Shown: positions 39,001 to 54,000 of the stretch, one piece after another | How positions within the stretch are numbered: the stretch's first letter is position 1 | How the letters are laid out: every line of letters starts with the position of its first letter | Origin: an uncultured Planctomycetales bacterium | GTDB lineage: Bacteria; Omnitrophota; Gorgyraeia; Zapsychrales; JAHFFX01 | DNA length: 64,000 nucleotides | Assembly: GCA_964612665.1 (NCBI GenBank) | Contig: CAZTCI010000001.1 | Location: 508,896-572,895 of the forward strand | Direction of reading: 5' to 3' | Notes under the pieces: generated by a model | What the model was told of the DNA's origin: nothing | What the model saw: the letters and a program-made list of their open reading frames with translations, nothing else | The model's database searches: none | Program-made: the position numbers and the translations under genes

Positions 39001-42000
39001 TTCGAGGATGACGCGGGATTTGGATAGCAGAACAGCGGCAACCAAAATAATGATTAGAATTTCCGCGAAGTTAAAGGAGTTATTCGTTGGAGAATTCGAT
39101 TTACCCGTCGATCTCGTGGCGAGAGCTCTGCTGTCCTGAGATCTTCTTTCTGTGGTGACGAAAGTTCCTACCCTTCTTAAAATTTTGATAACTCTATCCC
39201 TTCCCTGAAGGTTATTAGAACTCTGTCGAGATTGGGGTTGTTCAACGATCGGCAAAGTGACGAAAAAGCTGGCGCCCTGGCCCAACTCGCTCTCCACATC
39301 AATCTCTCCATTGTGCGCCGTAATAATGCTTTTCACAATGTAAAGTCCCTGGCCGGTCCCGTCTTTTCCTTTCGTCGTGAAATATGGCTCGAAGATTTTA
39401 GAGACCAGCTCGGGCGCGATCCCGGGGCCATTGTCTTTCACCTCGAATTGCACGAGGGGCGCATTGTCGATTGGCGTGACGATCAACTCAATCTTTCCGT
39501 CTGGTATCTGCGCTAAGGTATACACCGCATTCTTTAGGAGATTGATAAACGCATGCGTCATCTGAATTTGTTCGACATCGATTCTAATCCCGGCGGCAGC
39601 GGAAAAATCAATCTGAAGTTGCTGTGGATCGAAGAGAGCGAAGATCTCTTCAAAATGTCCTCTAAGATTAGTCAAGAATTCCTCGACGGAAATGACTTTC
39701 TTCTTACCTTTCCCGGAATAACTGAGATAAAAATCAATGATTATTTTAAGCCGGTGGGTAACGCTGTGGAGGGTTTTGAGGACTTCACGCTTGGCTTTAG
39801 GCTCAACGATACCTTGATCGATATTTTTGTCTTGCGGATGCTGGCGGAAATCTTTGACGAGCTGCTTCCAGGCGCGATGAAACTTTTTCAGTTCAGGTAA
39901 ATCATCGAGAAGGATTTGCAACGCCAACATAATTAACCTTTCGCGCTGTTCTTGTGTAAACGGTTGGGCATAATTTTCAAGCACCTGTTGTAATGCCGGA
40001 TTGAATAACCCACCTATTGGCCTTTTCTCTCTTAAAGATAAGGTTGTTCTGTCATGCTCGGGGAGAAAAGGCCTAATACTAGACTTTTGCAATGCAAAAG
40101 TCAGTAATAACTCCGCTCGCTGTTCTCCTGTAAGCAGCTCAGCATATTTTTCAAGCATCGCCCGTTTTAATTCTGGGTTTGATAATGACTGAATATCGAC
40201 ATAAGGTTGATCAGATGCGGCATGGTTGCGAAGAATCTTCAAATCATTAATTTTCTCGAGAAGATTTAAATCCATAATATTCTCACTCAAAGATTGCATA
40301 GCGGATTTGAATGGTTCCGGCAAAATATCGGCATTACCGTTTGCCGGATCAAAGAATAAAGTAATCACGGTCAAATCATTGCCGATTTCATGCAGGAAGA
40401 CCGGCCCCAAATCAGCGATGATCCCCTGCCAATAATCTTCTTTTGGTATCCGCATTACCATAACGACAACCATCGATAGTCCCAGCAGCCAATTGAACGG
40501 CATAATGTATACGGCGTTTCTCTCGGTTGGGAGCTTCATAAATACATATTCCCTTCTGGCCACTGTCTGAATTTCAAGACCAAGCGGCTTTCGGTTTAAC
40601 GTTTTGAGCATTTGGGTGATAAAGTTTATCCGCCGCAAAACTGATGTGATCGGCATGCTGCTGCCATCACCCAACGTCGTCCCTGGTTTTTCTTCCAGCA
40701 GCATCTCCATGGTCTGCCCAATAACTGTCAAGGCCCCGGACAGATTTATGACGACGGGCCCGTCTGTAATAGAATTTCTAAACGCCGTCCCCATCACATT
40801 GCTTTTCCGCACTAAAGCGATCAAATCCTTGGCCTTTGGTGTCGTATCATTGCCAAACACAGGGTCGGATTCTGCCTCCTGCTTGACGTTTAGCATTGCT
40901 TCCAAAATCAATCTTGCGGACTCGCGTGCCCGTGTCGGATCTCCTAACGCTTCGCGTTGGCCATTAACAAATTTAACGAACTTAACCAGCTCCGTGCGCA
41001 GAGCCTTAATCCATTGCGGCCATTCTAGGTAATAAAATAATTGTTCCAGGACTGCCATAATAAGGAGCGTGCGTTCTCCGACGGGTTGGATTGGATTTCT
41101 AGATATTTGTTCTTCTTTCTGTTCAATGTCTAGAATCAAATGCCAGACTGGCTCTACAAATGCTTTCCTCTCAAGCAAGCCCCTTGTATATTTGAAGAAA
41201 TCATTCTGAGATTCATGATGACGCAATACTCGACGGGCAGCCAAACGGGCCATGGGATATTTCATGGAGCCGATTAAATCAGTCAACGTAAGATAATTTT
41301 TTACAAAGCTGCGCAATCCTGGCTCTTCAATCAATCCTTTAAACTCAATCAGCTCGGAAATAAAACGGAAATAGAAAACAAACCGTTCTCCGCCGGCCTT
41401 ATAAAGGATCCGTTTCCTTCCCGTGGCGGAAATAGGCCTATCATTTAAAACTTCGATCAGCCAAGCAGCGATCAAAAGTCTTAATGCCTCCATGTCCTCA
41501 TCCTCAACCGGCCCACTTAAAATCCACGCGCGTTTTTCGTCGGTGGAAAGGGCCAGGAGATTATCGAGACCAGTATACTGGCCGCGCACCGCCATCAAAA
41601 ATACCGGAGCGCTCAGCAACATCAAAGACATTCCCATCCATAAAACGGTTTTGATGGCGAGTATAACCAACATCAATCCGCCCACGGCGCCGACCAAGGC
41701 GATGGAATGCAATTTCTCCTCGAGCTGCGCGATTTTATTTTCTATTCCATTTGTCTTTTCAGATTCTTGGTCTTTCTTCCCGTTTCCATTCAATTCAGTG
41801 GAATACGCTGTCAGAGTGAATAATTCTTTTAAGTCCTCTTCCCATTGCTTATGAAAAGGAAGGCTCTCTGCATATTCCTGGAAGAGACCTGCGCGCAGCT
41901 GACGCCACACCATATGGTCGAGCAAGACCTGACCATTGATGACAAATGCCTGCGCAAAGTGTCTTAATTCCTCGACGTAGGCCGGATATTTCTGTGAGAT

Positions 42001-45000
42001 CTTTTGTAAAGAAGACAATTCCTCGGATAGAGAATCTTTCTTAAGCAAAGCATCCACGTATTGTTCAATCTGTTGGCTTTTAGCATAGTCATGGTCTTGC
42101 GATAAACGGATACGTTCTTCAATACGATCCGTGGCTGTTTCAAAAGCAATGATCCAATCGGCATCAGAACCGGAGAATTCCGAGACATAGCTTGATACCC
42201 TGGACTTTAATAAAAGCCTGTGCGTCGTCCCGGCCTCACCGTTACGGGCGATACGGGCCATGATTTGTCGCATATCACGTTTGGAAAAAAGAACGTTGTA
42301 AAGAACAGCCACAACGCCGGAGGCAACATTGGTCAAAATATTCACCCCTCGGCCTCCCATGGGACTGGTAATAAGAATCGTAATCTGTAAGCGGCCTTTC
42401 TGGTTAATAACATAACCGGCCTTTTCAAATTGACCGGCTTCTTCCCTGCGCTTTTCAGGATTTTGATCGATCCCTAAAACAGTCTCAATCTTGATATCAT
42501 TGTTGGGCCGGCCTCTTTCCAAGATGGCGTTTAATAGTTCCTTGACATGATGGGCCGAAGCGATATCTTCCGTCGCGATAAAAACCGGCCTTCCTGACAA
42601 TAAAGCATTCATAACAATTTCGATTAAGCTTTGGTCCATCTCTTCCACGGTCTCATATCCGATGGAGGAATGATCAACCCGGATGGATTTGATATCGGAG
42701 GGTTGAACATACACTTGCATGTTCAATCTTTTCTTTAAATGCTGTTCAATCGTCGGACTCATCTCTGAACCACTGACCGCGGCATAGCCATGTCTATACA
42801 ACTTTAAAAGGGAGTGATACGTCAAGGCCGCCAAAAGCCGGCGCGGATTCTTTTCATTGTCGATACCGGAACGCGCTTCTATCATACGTTGTACCTCGGG
42901 AGAATAAACACGCAAAATGTCCGGGCGTTTACTATCGTCGGGAATAGGCAATACATTTTCACGTTTAGCATCTAAACAAAAATCATGATCCTCTTTAAGG
43001 TTCCAGCCAATCACCGCAAAGTCCGCCAGCTGACGCAAATGCGCATCAGAGATTTCATCTAATTCCCGACGATTTCTAAGAAATTCCATAATCTTCCGCG
43101 GGTCACGCCAAACCACTTGTCTTCCCTGATCGGAAGAAATAATCTCTTCGGGATTCGTAGCCCAATCTTTCAACAAAAAGAAGACGTCCTTATCAAAACG
43201 ATGCCACGCTGTATAGGCTGCGATAATTCTCTTCACTAATTCTTTATCCTTACCGTTGACGATGATGTCGATCGACAGAGTATTCAAGACGGAGAAGATA
43301 TCCCAAAGATAATAATCCGCCTCATCCAATAAAGCCCGACGATCAATGGTCAATGGTTGTTCTAAACTTTTTCTGGTCGAAATTTCTCGCGCCAGGGCTG
43401 TTAAAGAAATATATCGGATCTGTGCTTTGCCGGCTTCAGCCCAGAGAGAGGAACCAAAAAATCTAGTGAACCTTTTTGACTGGCCCGGAATAAGTAGTGT
43501 ACGGGACCCTTCGGTGATGCAGCTTACGGAATGCCCCAAAGAAGCCAAAATCCCGGCCTGACTGTTAAAGCCGTCTTGGGCCAAATGATCTGTCGTGGTG
43601 ACGATATCCGTTGATACACCCATTTTCTCCAGAGCATCGGCCGCCATCGACAAGGCCATGGTTTTTCCGGCGCTGGTATCAAACTTGACAAAATATCCCC
43701 GCGATCCGTCTTCGGTCCTCGGTTGCATCAAGAGTTCAGCAGTTTTAAGTTGTGCGGGGCGGCGTTGATACTTAATCATAATATTCTTATCAGCCATCCT
43801 TCGACGCGCAATGACCTCAAATTCCTCTAATGATTCCCTAATTACGTCGGGAAAATATTCGCTCAAGGATAAAGGCAGATCGGTCCACGCCACGCCATTT
43901 TGTATCGATGTTTTAATAATTTCTTTTTGTTCACTGAATACGTTCAGTTGAGGGGTGGGAGTCTCGTCGATCTCCCCAATGATATTCGCGGGCGTAGATA
44001 AAGATTCCATCTGAAGTCTTTCTGCCTCCTCTTCCAACGGCGAAACTTTTTCCGGACGCTGGAACTCAAACGACATCTCGGGTTCAGGAGGCTGAAAAGC
44101 AATTCCAAAATAATGGGCGAGATGATGGACTGACTTAAAGAATCTTTCCATTGATATCTCAAATCTTCCTTGTTCATAATTCTTCACTGACGACTGGCTT
44201 AATTGTAGAATTTCGGCAAATTGAGTTTGAGATAAGTCCAGCTCCTTACGAAGATGGGTTAAATTCAAGAGATATTTTTTCAGTAAAGCATTCTGTTGGC
44301 TGTTTGGAGAGGATTTCGCTTCTTGTTGAACATCATTGATGAATTCTTTCACTTCCGTCGGGACCTCACTGGAAACATTGTCCATTAAGAAATCTATAAC
44401 CTTCTTCATTGACTTTGCGCTAAGTTTCCATGCCTTGGCAGAACTTGCGTGATCTACAATATATTTTTGCCCTCCCATCGACGCGATCATTGTCTCGACA
44501 GAGTATCTCTGCTTAAAACGATTTAGTAAATGCTTAATCGGCTCGCTCAATCTCTTAAAAATTTCGCGTCGTTCTTCTCTTGATGCACGCAAAGCTTGTG
44601 CATACAAAAGCTGTATCTGCTGCTTCCACTGCTTAATGTCTCGAGACCACTCACCAATGGGCTGAACATCCTCATTCTGCCCACCGAAAGTAGAGATGAT
44701 GATAGATTCATCGATGAGCTGAACATTCTCATTCTGCTCAAAAGCGATAGGAATCTCGTCCGCCTCTTGTAATGAAATCAAGCTAGAGATTGGCTTTTCT
44801 TCTTCAATGAACTGAGTATCCTCATTCTGCTTACCGATCAAACTTTCATCGACCTCAGGCAAAGTTAATTCAAAAGTCGTTTCTTCATCGCTTTCTGGAG
44901 TAAGGATGATGATAGATTCATCGATGAACTGAACATTCTCGTTCTGCTCAAAAGCGATAGGAATCTCGCCCATCTCCCCAATTCCATTCGTGGGCGGAGA

Positions 45001-48000
45001 TAAAGATTCCATCTGAGATATTTCCGCCTCCTCTTCCAACGGCGAGACTTTTCCCGGAAACTGGAACTCAAACTTCATCTCGGGCTCAGAAGGCTGAAAA
45101 GCAATTCCAAAATAATGGGCGAGATGATGGACTGATTGAAGAAATCTTTCCATTGGTATCCTAGATCTTCCCAGTTCATATTCCGACACTGACCACCGGC
45201 TTAATTTTAGAATTTCGGCAAATTGGGTTTGAGACAAGCCCAGCTTCTTACGAATGCGGGTTAAATCCGAAAAATATTTTTTCAGTAAAGCATTCTGTTG
45301 GCTGTTTGGAGAGGATTTCCCTTCTTGTTGAACATCATTGATGAATTCTTTCACTTCCCTTGGAACCTCACTGGAAACATTGTCCATTAAGAAATTGATG
45401 ACCTTCTCCATTGACTTTGCGCTAAGTGTCCCCGCATCGGCAGAACTTGCGCGATCTACGATATATTTTGTTACTCCCATCAACGCCATTTTCTCGACAG
45501 AGAATTCTTGCTTAAAGCGATCCAGTAAATGCTTAATGGGCTTGCTCAATCTCTTGCGTTGTTCTTCTCTCGACGCACGCAAAGCTTGGACATACAAAAG
45601 CTGCATCTGATGCTTCCACTCGTTAATGTCTTGAGACCACTCACCCATGGGCTGAACATCCTCTTCTTCTTTCCGTAGAATTTCTTCCGTCCGTTGGGAC
45701 TCAAACTTCGTTGCGGGCTCAGAAATCTGAAAAGAAATTATTGAAAACTTTTGAAAATAATTCTCCACAATTCTTTCTAATAACGGTGTTTCCTGCATCC
45801 TCCAAGGACGAATTGTTTTGCCTTTGTCCAAATCATTCTCATCGCGATGAGAAAACTTCGCCATCCCCAACATCACGCCCGCGAATCCCAGAAGATTAAT
45901 GAACGCGATGAAATCCATTGCATAAAAATGCGCCGTTCCGATCATGGCCAGGATGGATGCGATGATCTTTACAAAAATTCCGTTGATCATTGTAAACAGC
46001 ACCATCGCTCCCATAACGACCGACCAAACCACCCAACCACCGGCCACGTTGAGAAATACGATAGAAGACAATGTGCTTATCCCCGATGGGACCAATTCAA
46101 GTTGCTCTGGATTGGTTTGAGCAATATAAGATCTAAATATATATAGTTTCTCAAAGTAACTTTTATTTATGTCGGAAACGAGATAATCTAGACGATGATG
46201 ACTAATTCCCTTTAATCCTTCCAACCGTAACATCGCATTAACAAAATTCATGGCTAATGAATTATTGCCTTTGCGGAATAAAAACCATTGGCTCGATTCA
46301 TCGTGCCCAAAAGTGCCTAAATAGAAACCAAAAATGCGTTCAATACGACTATTGATATCCTTCTGTTGCTGACCGTCCTTGACCCATTCCCCCAGATGAT
46401 TCATCATCTTGAGAATCCGTCGATGAATATCCTCTTTGGATCTCGCTCTCAGTTCTCCTGCGACATTCAAGGCATAATCCTCACTTGGATAAAAGCGTTT
46501 TCCGTCCTTGCCTAACAGAAGAATGATATTAAAATTCTTAAGCCAAATTAAGAAATCTTGGGTCGTGGTTATACGGTCCGAGACGAAATTGAATAACAAA
46601 CGCAAAATCTCTCCTCGAACTTCGTGGGAATTAATCCAATAATTCCTCTGCTCATCCATCGACGGCCATATTGCTAAAGTCGAAGGATCCGGGTTTCTGA
46701 TCATTTCTTCTTTAGGTAGCTGTAAGGCATTTTCCCAATTCCAAGTCGGCATGGCCCGTTTGAACATCGCCAGTTCTTTTGTCGCCACATCAACAGAAAC
46801 ATCCCGGTCTTGCTGAAGAACCGGATCAAAAATCACAACAGTTGGATTTTCCGAAGTCCCCTTCACTGCCATCCTCACAGCACCCGCCATAACGATCGAT
46901 GCGATCCCCAGATAACCAATCATCGAATGCCCAAGCCAGGCAGCCGTCAATACCTCCAAAAGCCCGGTAATTCCGACGATAAGAACCCAGTGATACCACT
47001 TTGCTTGAGCCAATAGCTCATGGAAAAATTCCTTTGTGTCTTGAACGATGACCTTCCAACTCAGCCTGGTCCTCCATGCCCGTTTCCACTCCATGACCAA
47101 GATGAGGAATTGAATCAAAATAATCAGGCCTGTTACGATTGTGATGACAAGATCGGCCGTCGGTGAAAGTTCCTGTTGGGGCACCACATAGGCCGCCTCG
47201 GTCAAGCTTGGCAGAATCCCCTGCAAAAACAAAACGCCGGCAAGCACCAACAACAGCGCAATAGCCACGAATACGAAATCAAAAATTCCTGCTACCGTTA
47301 CCAGATCTCCAAATCTCTCAGAAAACTTCGAAGATAAAATCCGTGCATTCCAGCCAAACGGAGAAACGAGGCCTTCATCCCCTAGGTGGATTTCCGGTAA
47401 ACGTCTCAAATCCAAAATCAAATGATCCTGGCCAGCCACTTGGCGTTCTTTTATTTGGTAAATTCCTCTGAAAAAGTCATTGTTCCGTAAGAGAAGATAA
47501 TCAAATTGGGCGGCTAATGTTTTAAGGAAATTGTTTTCTGGTTTGAAGAAGTCCCGCGCTCGACGGTACATTCTTTGTTTGGCCTGCGTTTTGTTCAGTC
47601 CTTCATGTTTTTGATAATAGGCGCGCACGGCCTCGTGGTTATATCCGGCCATATGATAGACGCCGAGCTTAACGATCCTTTCGTTGAAATAAAGCTCAAG
47701 CGATACGAGACTTGACTCTTTAGATGATCCGAATAGATCAATCGAGACAAGATTTAAATTTTCATTAACCTCAATCTGTTGAACACCGTCCCAATCGTGA
47801 GTTAATTCCAAAACCCATTGCTTGAAGGATTCTGATAATTGATCATCATTAACAAATCGCATCGATGCCAGCGTCGAAGAATTTTGGTCCATCATTCCCG
47901 CGGTAACAAAAATCATCGCCCACAACACCCCGATTCCACCTACGAGGTGGAACGTGGTCCAAACGGCGATTAGGAAGGAAGGTATAACGGTGAAGCGGAA

Positions 48001-51000
48001 TAATTGATCGAACAGCGGCGCCGAAATCTTCGCCGGGACTTGGGTACGTTTGGCGGTATTTATAATCAACACAATAATGACAACCGCCAGCGCCAACATG
48101 GTAACAGCAAGAAATTTCTTATTTGTTGATTCAGGATTGCTTTTTTGGACCGATGGTAAGGATGTCCACGGCATTAAGACTCCATCGACTGAGAATCGCG
48201 CTGCCAAGGCTTCCGGCGACACGACGTAATTTTGCGGGAGAAATATATCCGCCAGAAAGTTCGGGTCTTTTTGACTTCGACCTTCTGCAGTTTCTACTCT
48301 GATCAGTAAAGAAAAGACATAAACCTGAAGAGGTATGACATTTATATCTGTCTTTGCGTCTTTCAAGACGGCTCCGATATGATGGAAACTAACAATCTTA
48401 TAAATTGTTTCATCATCAGAAAAAGCAGCCGTATCGTGGAGAACACCCGCCAACCATTCTCCATAACCGATACGCTTTTGAAGGTCCATGAGATGCTCGG
48501 ACCGGATGCCTCCAGCTTTCTCATATTTAATATCTTTGATATACCCTGCCCCTTCCATTCGCATAATTATAGCGGCCATCACTTTAATAAAGTCGCCAAA
48601 TAAAGTATGCGCCAAATCCTCCGACGGAATATCAGATACATTTCGAACACCTTTCTGAGCGTAATGTTCCAGTATGCTAAAAAAGGCCTTACGACCTTCT
48701 CTCAATGAGCGACCGAGATAAGGAAATTGAGTTAAATAATCGGCACCCGCCAGTTCCTTGACCAACATGCCAAGAAGAATCGTCTTTAAAATCTTGCTTT
48801 CTTCGCTCGAATCCTTTGTATAACGAATTAAAACAGGAATAATCCTCGGATTAATTAGAAAATCAAATTCAAGATATCCTTCACTGTTGATTGCGAATCC
48901 TTGATCTGTCATCTGGGGAACAATCGCGATGGGTGATTTGGAATCTCTGGGAAGAAAATCAAACTTACCGGTCATTCGCTTTAGGATTTCAGCCCAGCGC
49001 CGTTCGCGCTCATCGGAAGAATGAGCCCATTGAGCGGCTGTTGTCTGGAAAAATTGTCTAATAACCCGTTTAATTTCTTCGGGAGAATCAGGTAAAGATT
49101 CCTTTTCCTTGCGGGAAACAGCAGGAACGGAATTCGATGGTGCGGCAAATATGAGCGTTGATGTAAAGAGGAAATGAACGGCCGTCAGAAGAATCAAGAT
49201 CTTCTTAGAAATCGGCGGCGGTGAATTCTTCTGACGTTCAAAATAGCGTCGAAACTCGCTTAGACTCATCAATCCGCCGGCGAATCTTCTCCCAATAAAT
49301 ATAAGCATTACAACAACCACGCCCAGAATCGCATACCCATCTACACCCCGGAGGTGTAGATGGGTAACAGGATTTTTCTCTGACTCAAAATCACTTTCAG
49401 CAAAAGCACCTTCCAAAAGTGCGCCGACACGTTTCAGCCAAACATCAAAGTCAATCGCTTCATGCTGTGCCAACCACATAATGGCCTGCTCGAGCACTTT
49501 CACATGCCGAGGAAGTGCTTTTTGTTTCCAGGCCGGTAACGCGTTATAGGCCATGACATCCACTTGGACGCGGGCCGTTGTCCAATTTTCCTGTATGAGC
49601 AATGCGCGTACACTGCGCAAGACGTCTGCGCAATTTTCTATACCAATCGCATCAGTGAGAAATATGTCGATGTGCGTTGCATTCTCTTCTTGGGCTTCTA
49701 CCTTGGCCCATACATGAACAGCCGAAAGGTCGCGGTATTCAGCGACGACGGAATTCACCAGATCAATCAACGCGCTGCGGTCGTCGCGGTGCATGGTCAA
49801 TGCAATGTCCTGATTTTCCAAAACATCTTTGAGATGAAGCAGGAAGCTTACAACTTTATACGTGCCGGCCTGCGCAGCGAGTTCGATGCCTCTGGAGACA
49901 ATTTCCATGCGGACAACTGGATTGCGAAATTCAACAGCTGTCAGACCTAAAAGATCGTTGAGCGCAACAACGCTCGGTGATCTGTGAATCTCGTCGGATA
50001 ATTGATTCATAACAGTCAAGACACGATCCATTTCTTCTGTTTGAGCTTCGATAGCCGCTGACAAACCGTTAAGTATGTATAAAATCCAACGGAATTCTGG
50101 ATTATATTGCTTAGTCATCGCTGATACTATTGCCTTCGCCTGTCGAAGCGGCGCTCGAGCCAGATCTATTTGATCATTTGAATAGTGACTCCAGGCCAAG
50201 TACACGTAAGCAGCCACTTTTTGCGGTTCTAAAATATTTAATGATGTGATCGACGTCCAGCGTCTCACAGCTTCATCATATTCTTTTTGTTCAAAACTAA
50301 TTCTAGCCTGAGCGATTGCGGTCAAAGACAACACGCGGCCCTTTATGCCCAAATCGGAATACTGCTGGCTCCATGCTTTCAGAAGCCTGATTCTCTCGAC
50401 GGCAGATTCGAATTTCTGTTCCGTAATATCTATGATGATTCTGTAATAATTGGCCAGAATGTCCAACTCGATATAGCTAAAGTGGGGATGAAACTTCTGG
50501 GTCAGCATTGGCTGATAATGTGTCACATACCGATTGTTGATAGCGAGCGCCTGCACAAACGCTTGATTAGCTTCTACATAATGTTGCTGATCAAAATGAA
50601 TCATGCCTTTAAACAACGTAAACCATGCTTGTTCCAAGGAATCATCAGGGAATTTTTTGATCGCTTGATCGGCGGCCTGCAAAGCGGCTTCAAATTCTTC
50701 AAAAAGGGCCAAATGTAAGACCTTTCCAGTCAACTGCACAGACATGTCATCATCTTTTTCTGTCCTTTGTACCAAAACGCTCTGTTCCTGACGTGACAAC
50801 CATATCTCGACGGCATTTTGCACTTTCGCGACATCCAGGTTTTTCACTCTCGTCGCTTTCGAAAGAACAGCGCGTACCGTCGCTTCGTTTTGAATGCCAG
50901 CGACCAATGTTCTTAACTCCTGATCACTCGGCTGACCGCTTGGCAGATTCGGCAAAACATTCCGCAAGGCTCGACGCAGAGACGCATAATCTGTTTTGGG

Positions 51001-54000
51001 TCTGCCGGATGATATGGCCATGGCGAATATGAACATCAACAAGATAACCATCTCTAAAGACACAGGGTGGGCTTGCATCTGGTTGTTACCGTCGGCCAAT
51101 CGCATTGATCGGTTGTGTTGCGGATGTTTTGTTGCCAGGTTATTCTTTTGTGGACTGCCACTGACGACTTGTTCTGCCGCGATAAGACATTTCGTTCTGT
51201 CTTCTTTAGGTAGATACAAACACTTCACAACCAAATCAAGATACTGTCTGGCCAGCTCTGGATTATCAGAATTACTGCTCATTTGTCTAGTACGCTCGAG
51301 TACTATCCCCGCGAGAATGAGGGTTCCTTGTGGCCCTGTCCATAGAATGCGTCTGGCTTCCACGTTTTCTAATCTTTCTTCCGGTCGGAGAATTTGCCGC
51401 ACAAGAAAGCGGCCGGATTCAATCCAATCCAGCTCATCACGATTCCAGGCAATACTGCCATCCGCCGCCGCGTTCACGGCCCGGTAAGCGCGATTAAATG
51501 AGGTGTCTTTGCTATACCAAGGAATATTGCTCAAGATAATTGACCCGATGAAAAACACAACAACAGTCCTGCCGGTCATATTCAACAATCGTCTTATCGA
51601 TTCTCGCCATGACCATCCTAGCATCGTCGAGGGCCTCGCAAATTCCCGATGACTTTCGAAGTAATCAGAAAGCAGTAACCACACAACAAAAACCACAAAC
51701 AACCAAACACCATAGTGCTCAAAGAACGGCTGTATCAACTGTATATCGAAAAGATAATTCTTGTTTTCGACAACTTTGAAAATCTTCCAATCATGAGTTG
51801 AATAAGATCCTAAAGGATCTGTGCCGATAGACCCTTGGGCCACTTCTACCAATTGCCGTCGGGCTTTGTTAAGCAGTGTATTTAATTGATGCAGGTAGAC
51901 CTGAGTATCTTGCCATTCGATTGAAGATCTTTCTCCAGTTTGTTTATCGGTAACTTCCTCATAGTGCGTATACCATCCGACAATAAAATAACCGTTTAAT
52001 CTTAATATCCGCGCGATTGAATCAAGCATGCGTCTTTTAACGTCTTCCTTAATATAAGGACTCGAAAAAATGCTCATGGCAACGATTACAGCCACTGACT
52101 CTTTGCCTAACAAACTGTTTTCAAAATAAGCTTGAGCCCGTGGAAGGACCTGGAGTTTAGGCTCTCGGGCTGCACGGTTCTGCCAAATTTCATGGGAATT
52201 AATTTCTAGCGGATTGGCATCGGAATCATCGGAGGGTTGATAGATGATCAATTGATCGATGTGACAAAGAAGCATATCCTCCCATGGGATCTGATAAAAG
52301 TCTGACGGATTAGCGCTGGGTCCGATTGAAACCGCCCGCTCCCATCTGGATTTTTCAAGAGCGTTAATGGCGTTTCGCGCCCGCTGATAATACTCGGGGA
52401 CAAACCCGCTCGCCAAAAGTTCGCGTATACGAGTTCTCCTCTGCATTAGATCAATCCGCCTTTGCCGTCGAATTTCTTCCTGAAACTCTAAAATTGAACC
52501 TCGAGGATGTGCCCCTGTTATCCGTGCCCAAATATAATTCGCCCCAAGAACGAGGAAACCAAACACAATAATCAGGATTATTACTGCGGTTGAGTTATCA
52601 GGGATAACATTCTGCTGAATGAGAACATCCGTGATCGCTCCGGATGAGATGGCGCGATTAACTTGGGCGGTACGAGGAGAAGGAATCGGGATAATCTGCT
52701 CGCGCCATGCCATCAGCGGTTGATTAAACTCCACATTTGGATTTCGGAGTTGGACGGCTTCCCACATCATCTGTCTGATCTCTTCCTGCCTAAACTGACC
52801 ATCAAAATAATTATGTGAAATACCGTTGAGGTTATGAAGCCGCAATAAGGCGTTAACAAAATTCATAAATAAAGAGTTGTTACCTTTTATCATAAGGTTC
52901 ACGGCACGATTATTCAGATGTCTAGAAGAACCGATATATCCATTGATAATAAAATCAACGATTTCAGCCAATCTCAAATCGGAGGCTTCCGGAGTTAAAA
53001 TAGGAATGAAACGTTGCCAGATGGCTGCCGATAGTTGTAGAGAGAATTCTTTGGGATAACGTGTTGTTCCGGCGACGAAGCGGATGGAGCGTTCGTCCCG
53101 CTTTTGGGCGCCGATCATGGTGGGGGTGATGTAGTATGAATCGCCCAGTCCGATGATAACAATTTTGTTCAAGTACCGGAACCATTGCAGAATGTCTTCT
53201 GGACTGCCGATTGTTCCTTCGTTTTGTGCCAGAATCATCTTTAGAATTTCTGGCCTTACAGTTTTCTGATTTTTCCAGTAATTTTCTTGGTTGGGTGTTT
53301 CGGGCCTAATTTGACGTTCAGGAAGTCGAATAACTTCGTTCCAAGGCACCTCCAAGGCCTTTGTAAAATTAAAATAAGGGAATGCTTCTTGGAATCTCTT
53401 CGCCAGATTTTCATGGTCTTCTGCAGAATCCCCCGCAACACTACCGACGGCAACCGCCAATGCCGCTGCCCAAACCCAAGCGCCGGACAATCCGGCCGTC
53501 CATAACTTAATCAGTGCCATGATTACAGCAGTCACGGCAACCGGCCCTGCGCGAAGTTTGATTGTCAGGACGATAATCGCCAGAATAACGAGGAATCCGC
53601 CGATGAGATACGCCGATGATTCTTCTTTTTTGCTTGAAGTATTTTGAACGAGACTCGAAATCGATTGTGCCTTCTCTTCTTCCGCTTCCTTGCGCAAGCG
53701 TTGCCACATCCTTCGAGTTTGTGTTTGAAATCTGGGAGTTTGAACTCGTCGATATAATTTATTCAAAATATATTTGGCTTCCGATGATAACTGATGAGAT
53801 TGCTGCACCAACTCCCCTTGACGCAGGTTCAGCACATACTGCAAATCTTCTTCTCCTAATAAAAATGCAAAACGCAATTCTTGCAATAAAACATGCGGGT
53901 GGGCATGCATTTCTTCATAGTACCGTGACAGTAATCTCATTCTAGCCGCTCTTCCTCTTGACCAAGAAGGATTGAACACCTCATTCCAAATATTTCTAAA

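Noticed and set aside
43960-45700. Tandem repeats as a CRISPR array.
   Set aside because: The units are ~1 kb and the sub-repeats are 65 bp with ~140-bp variable spacing. All lie in frame in coding sequence and encode peptide repeats. There is no short repeat/spacer periodicity and no cas genes.
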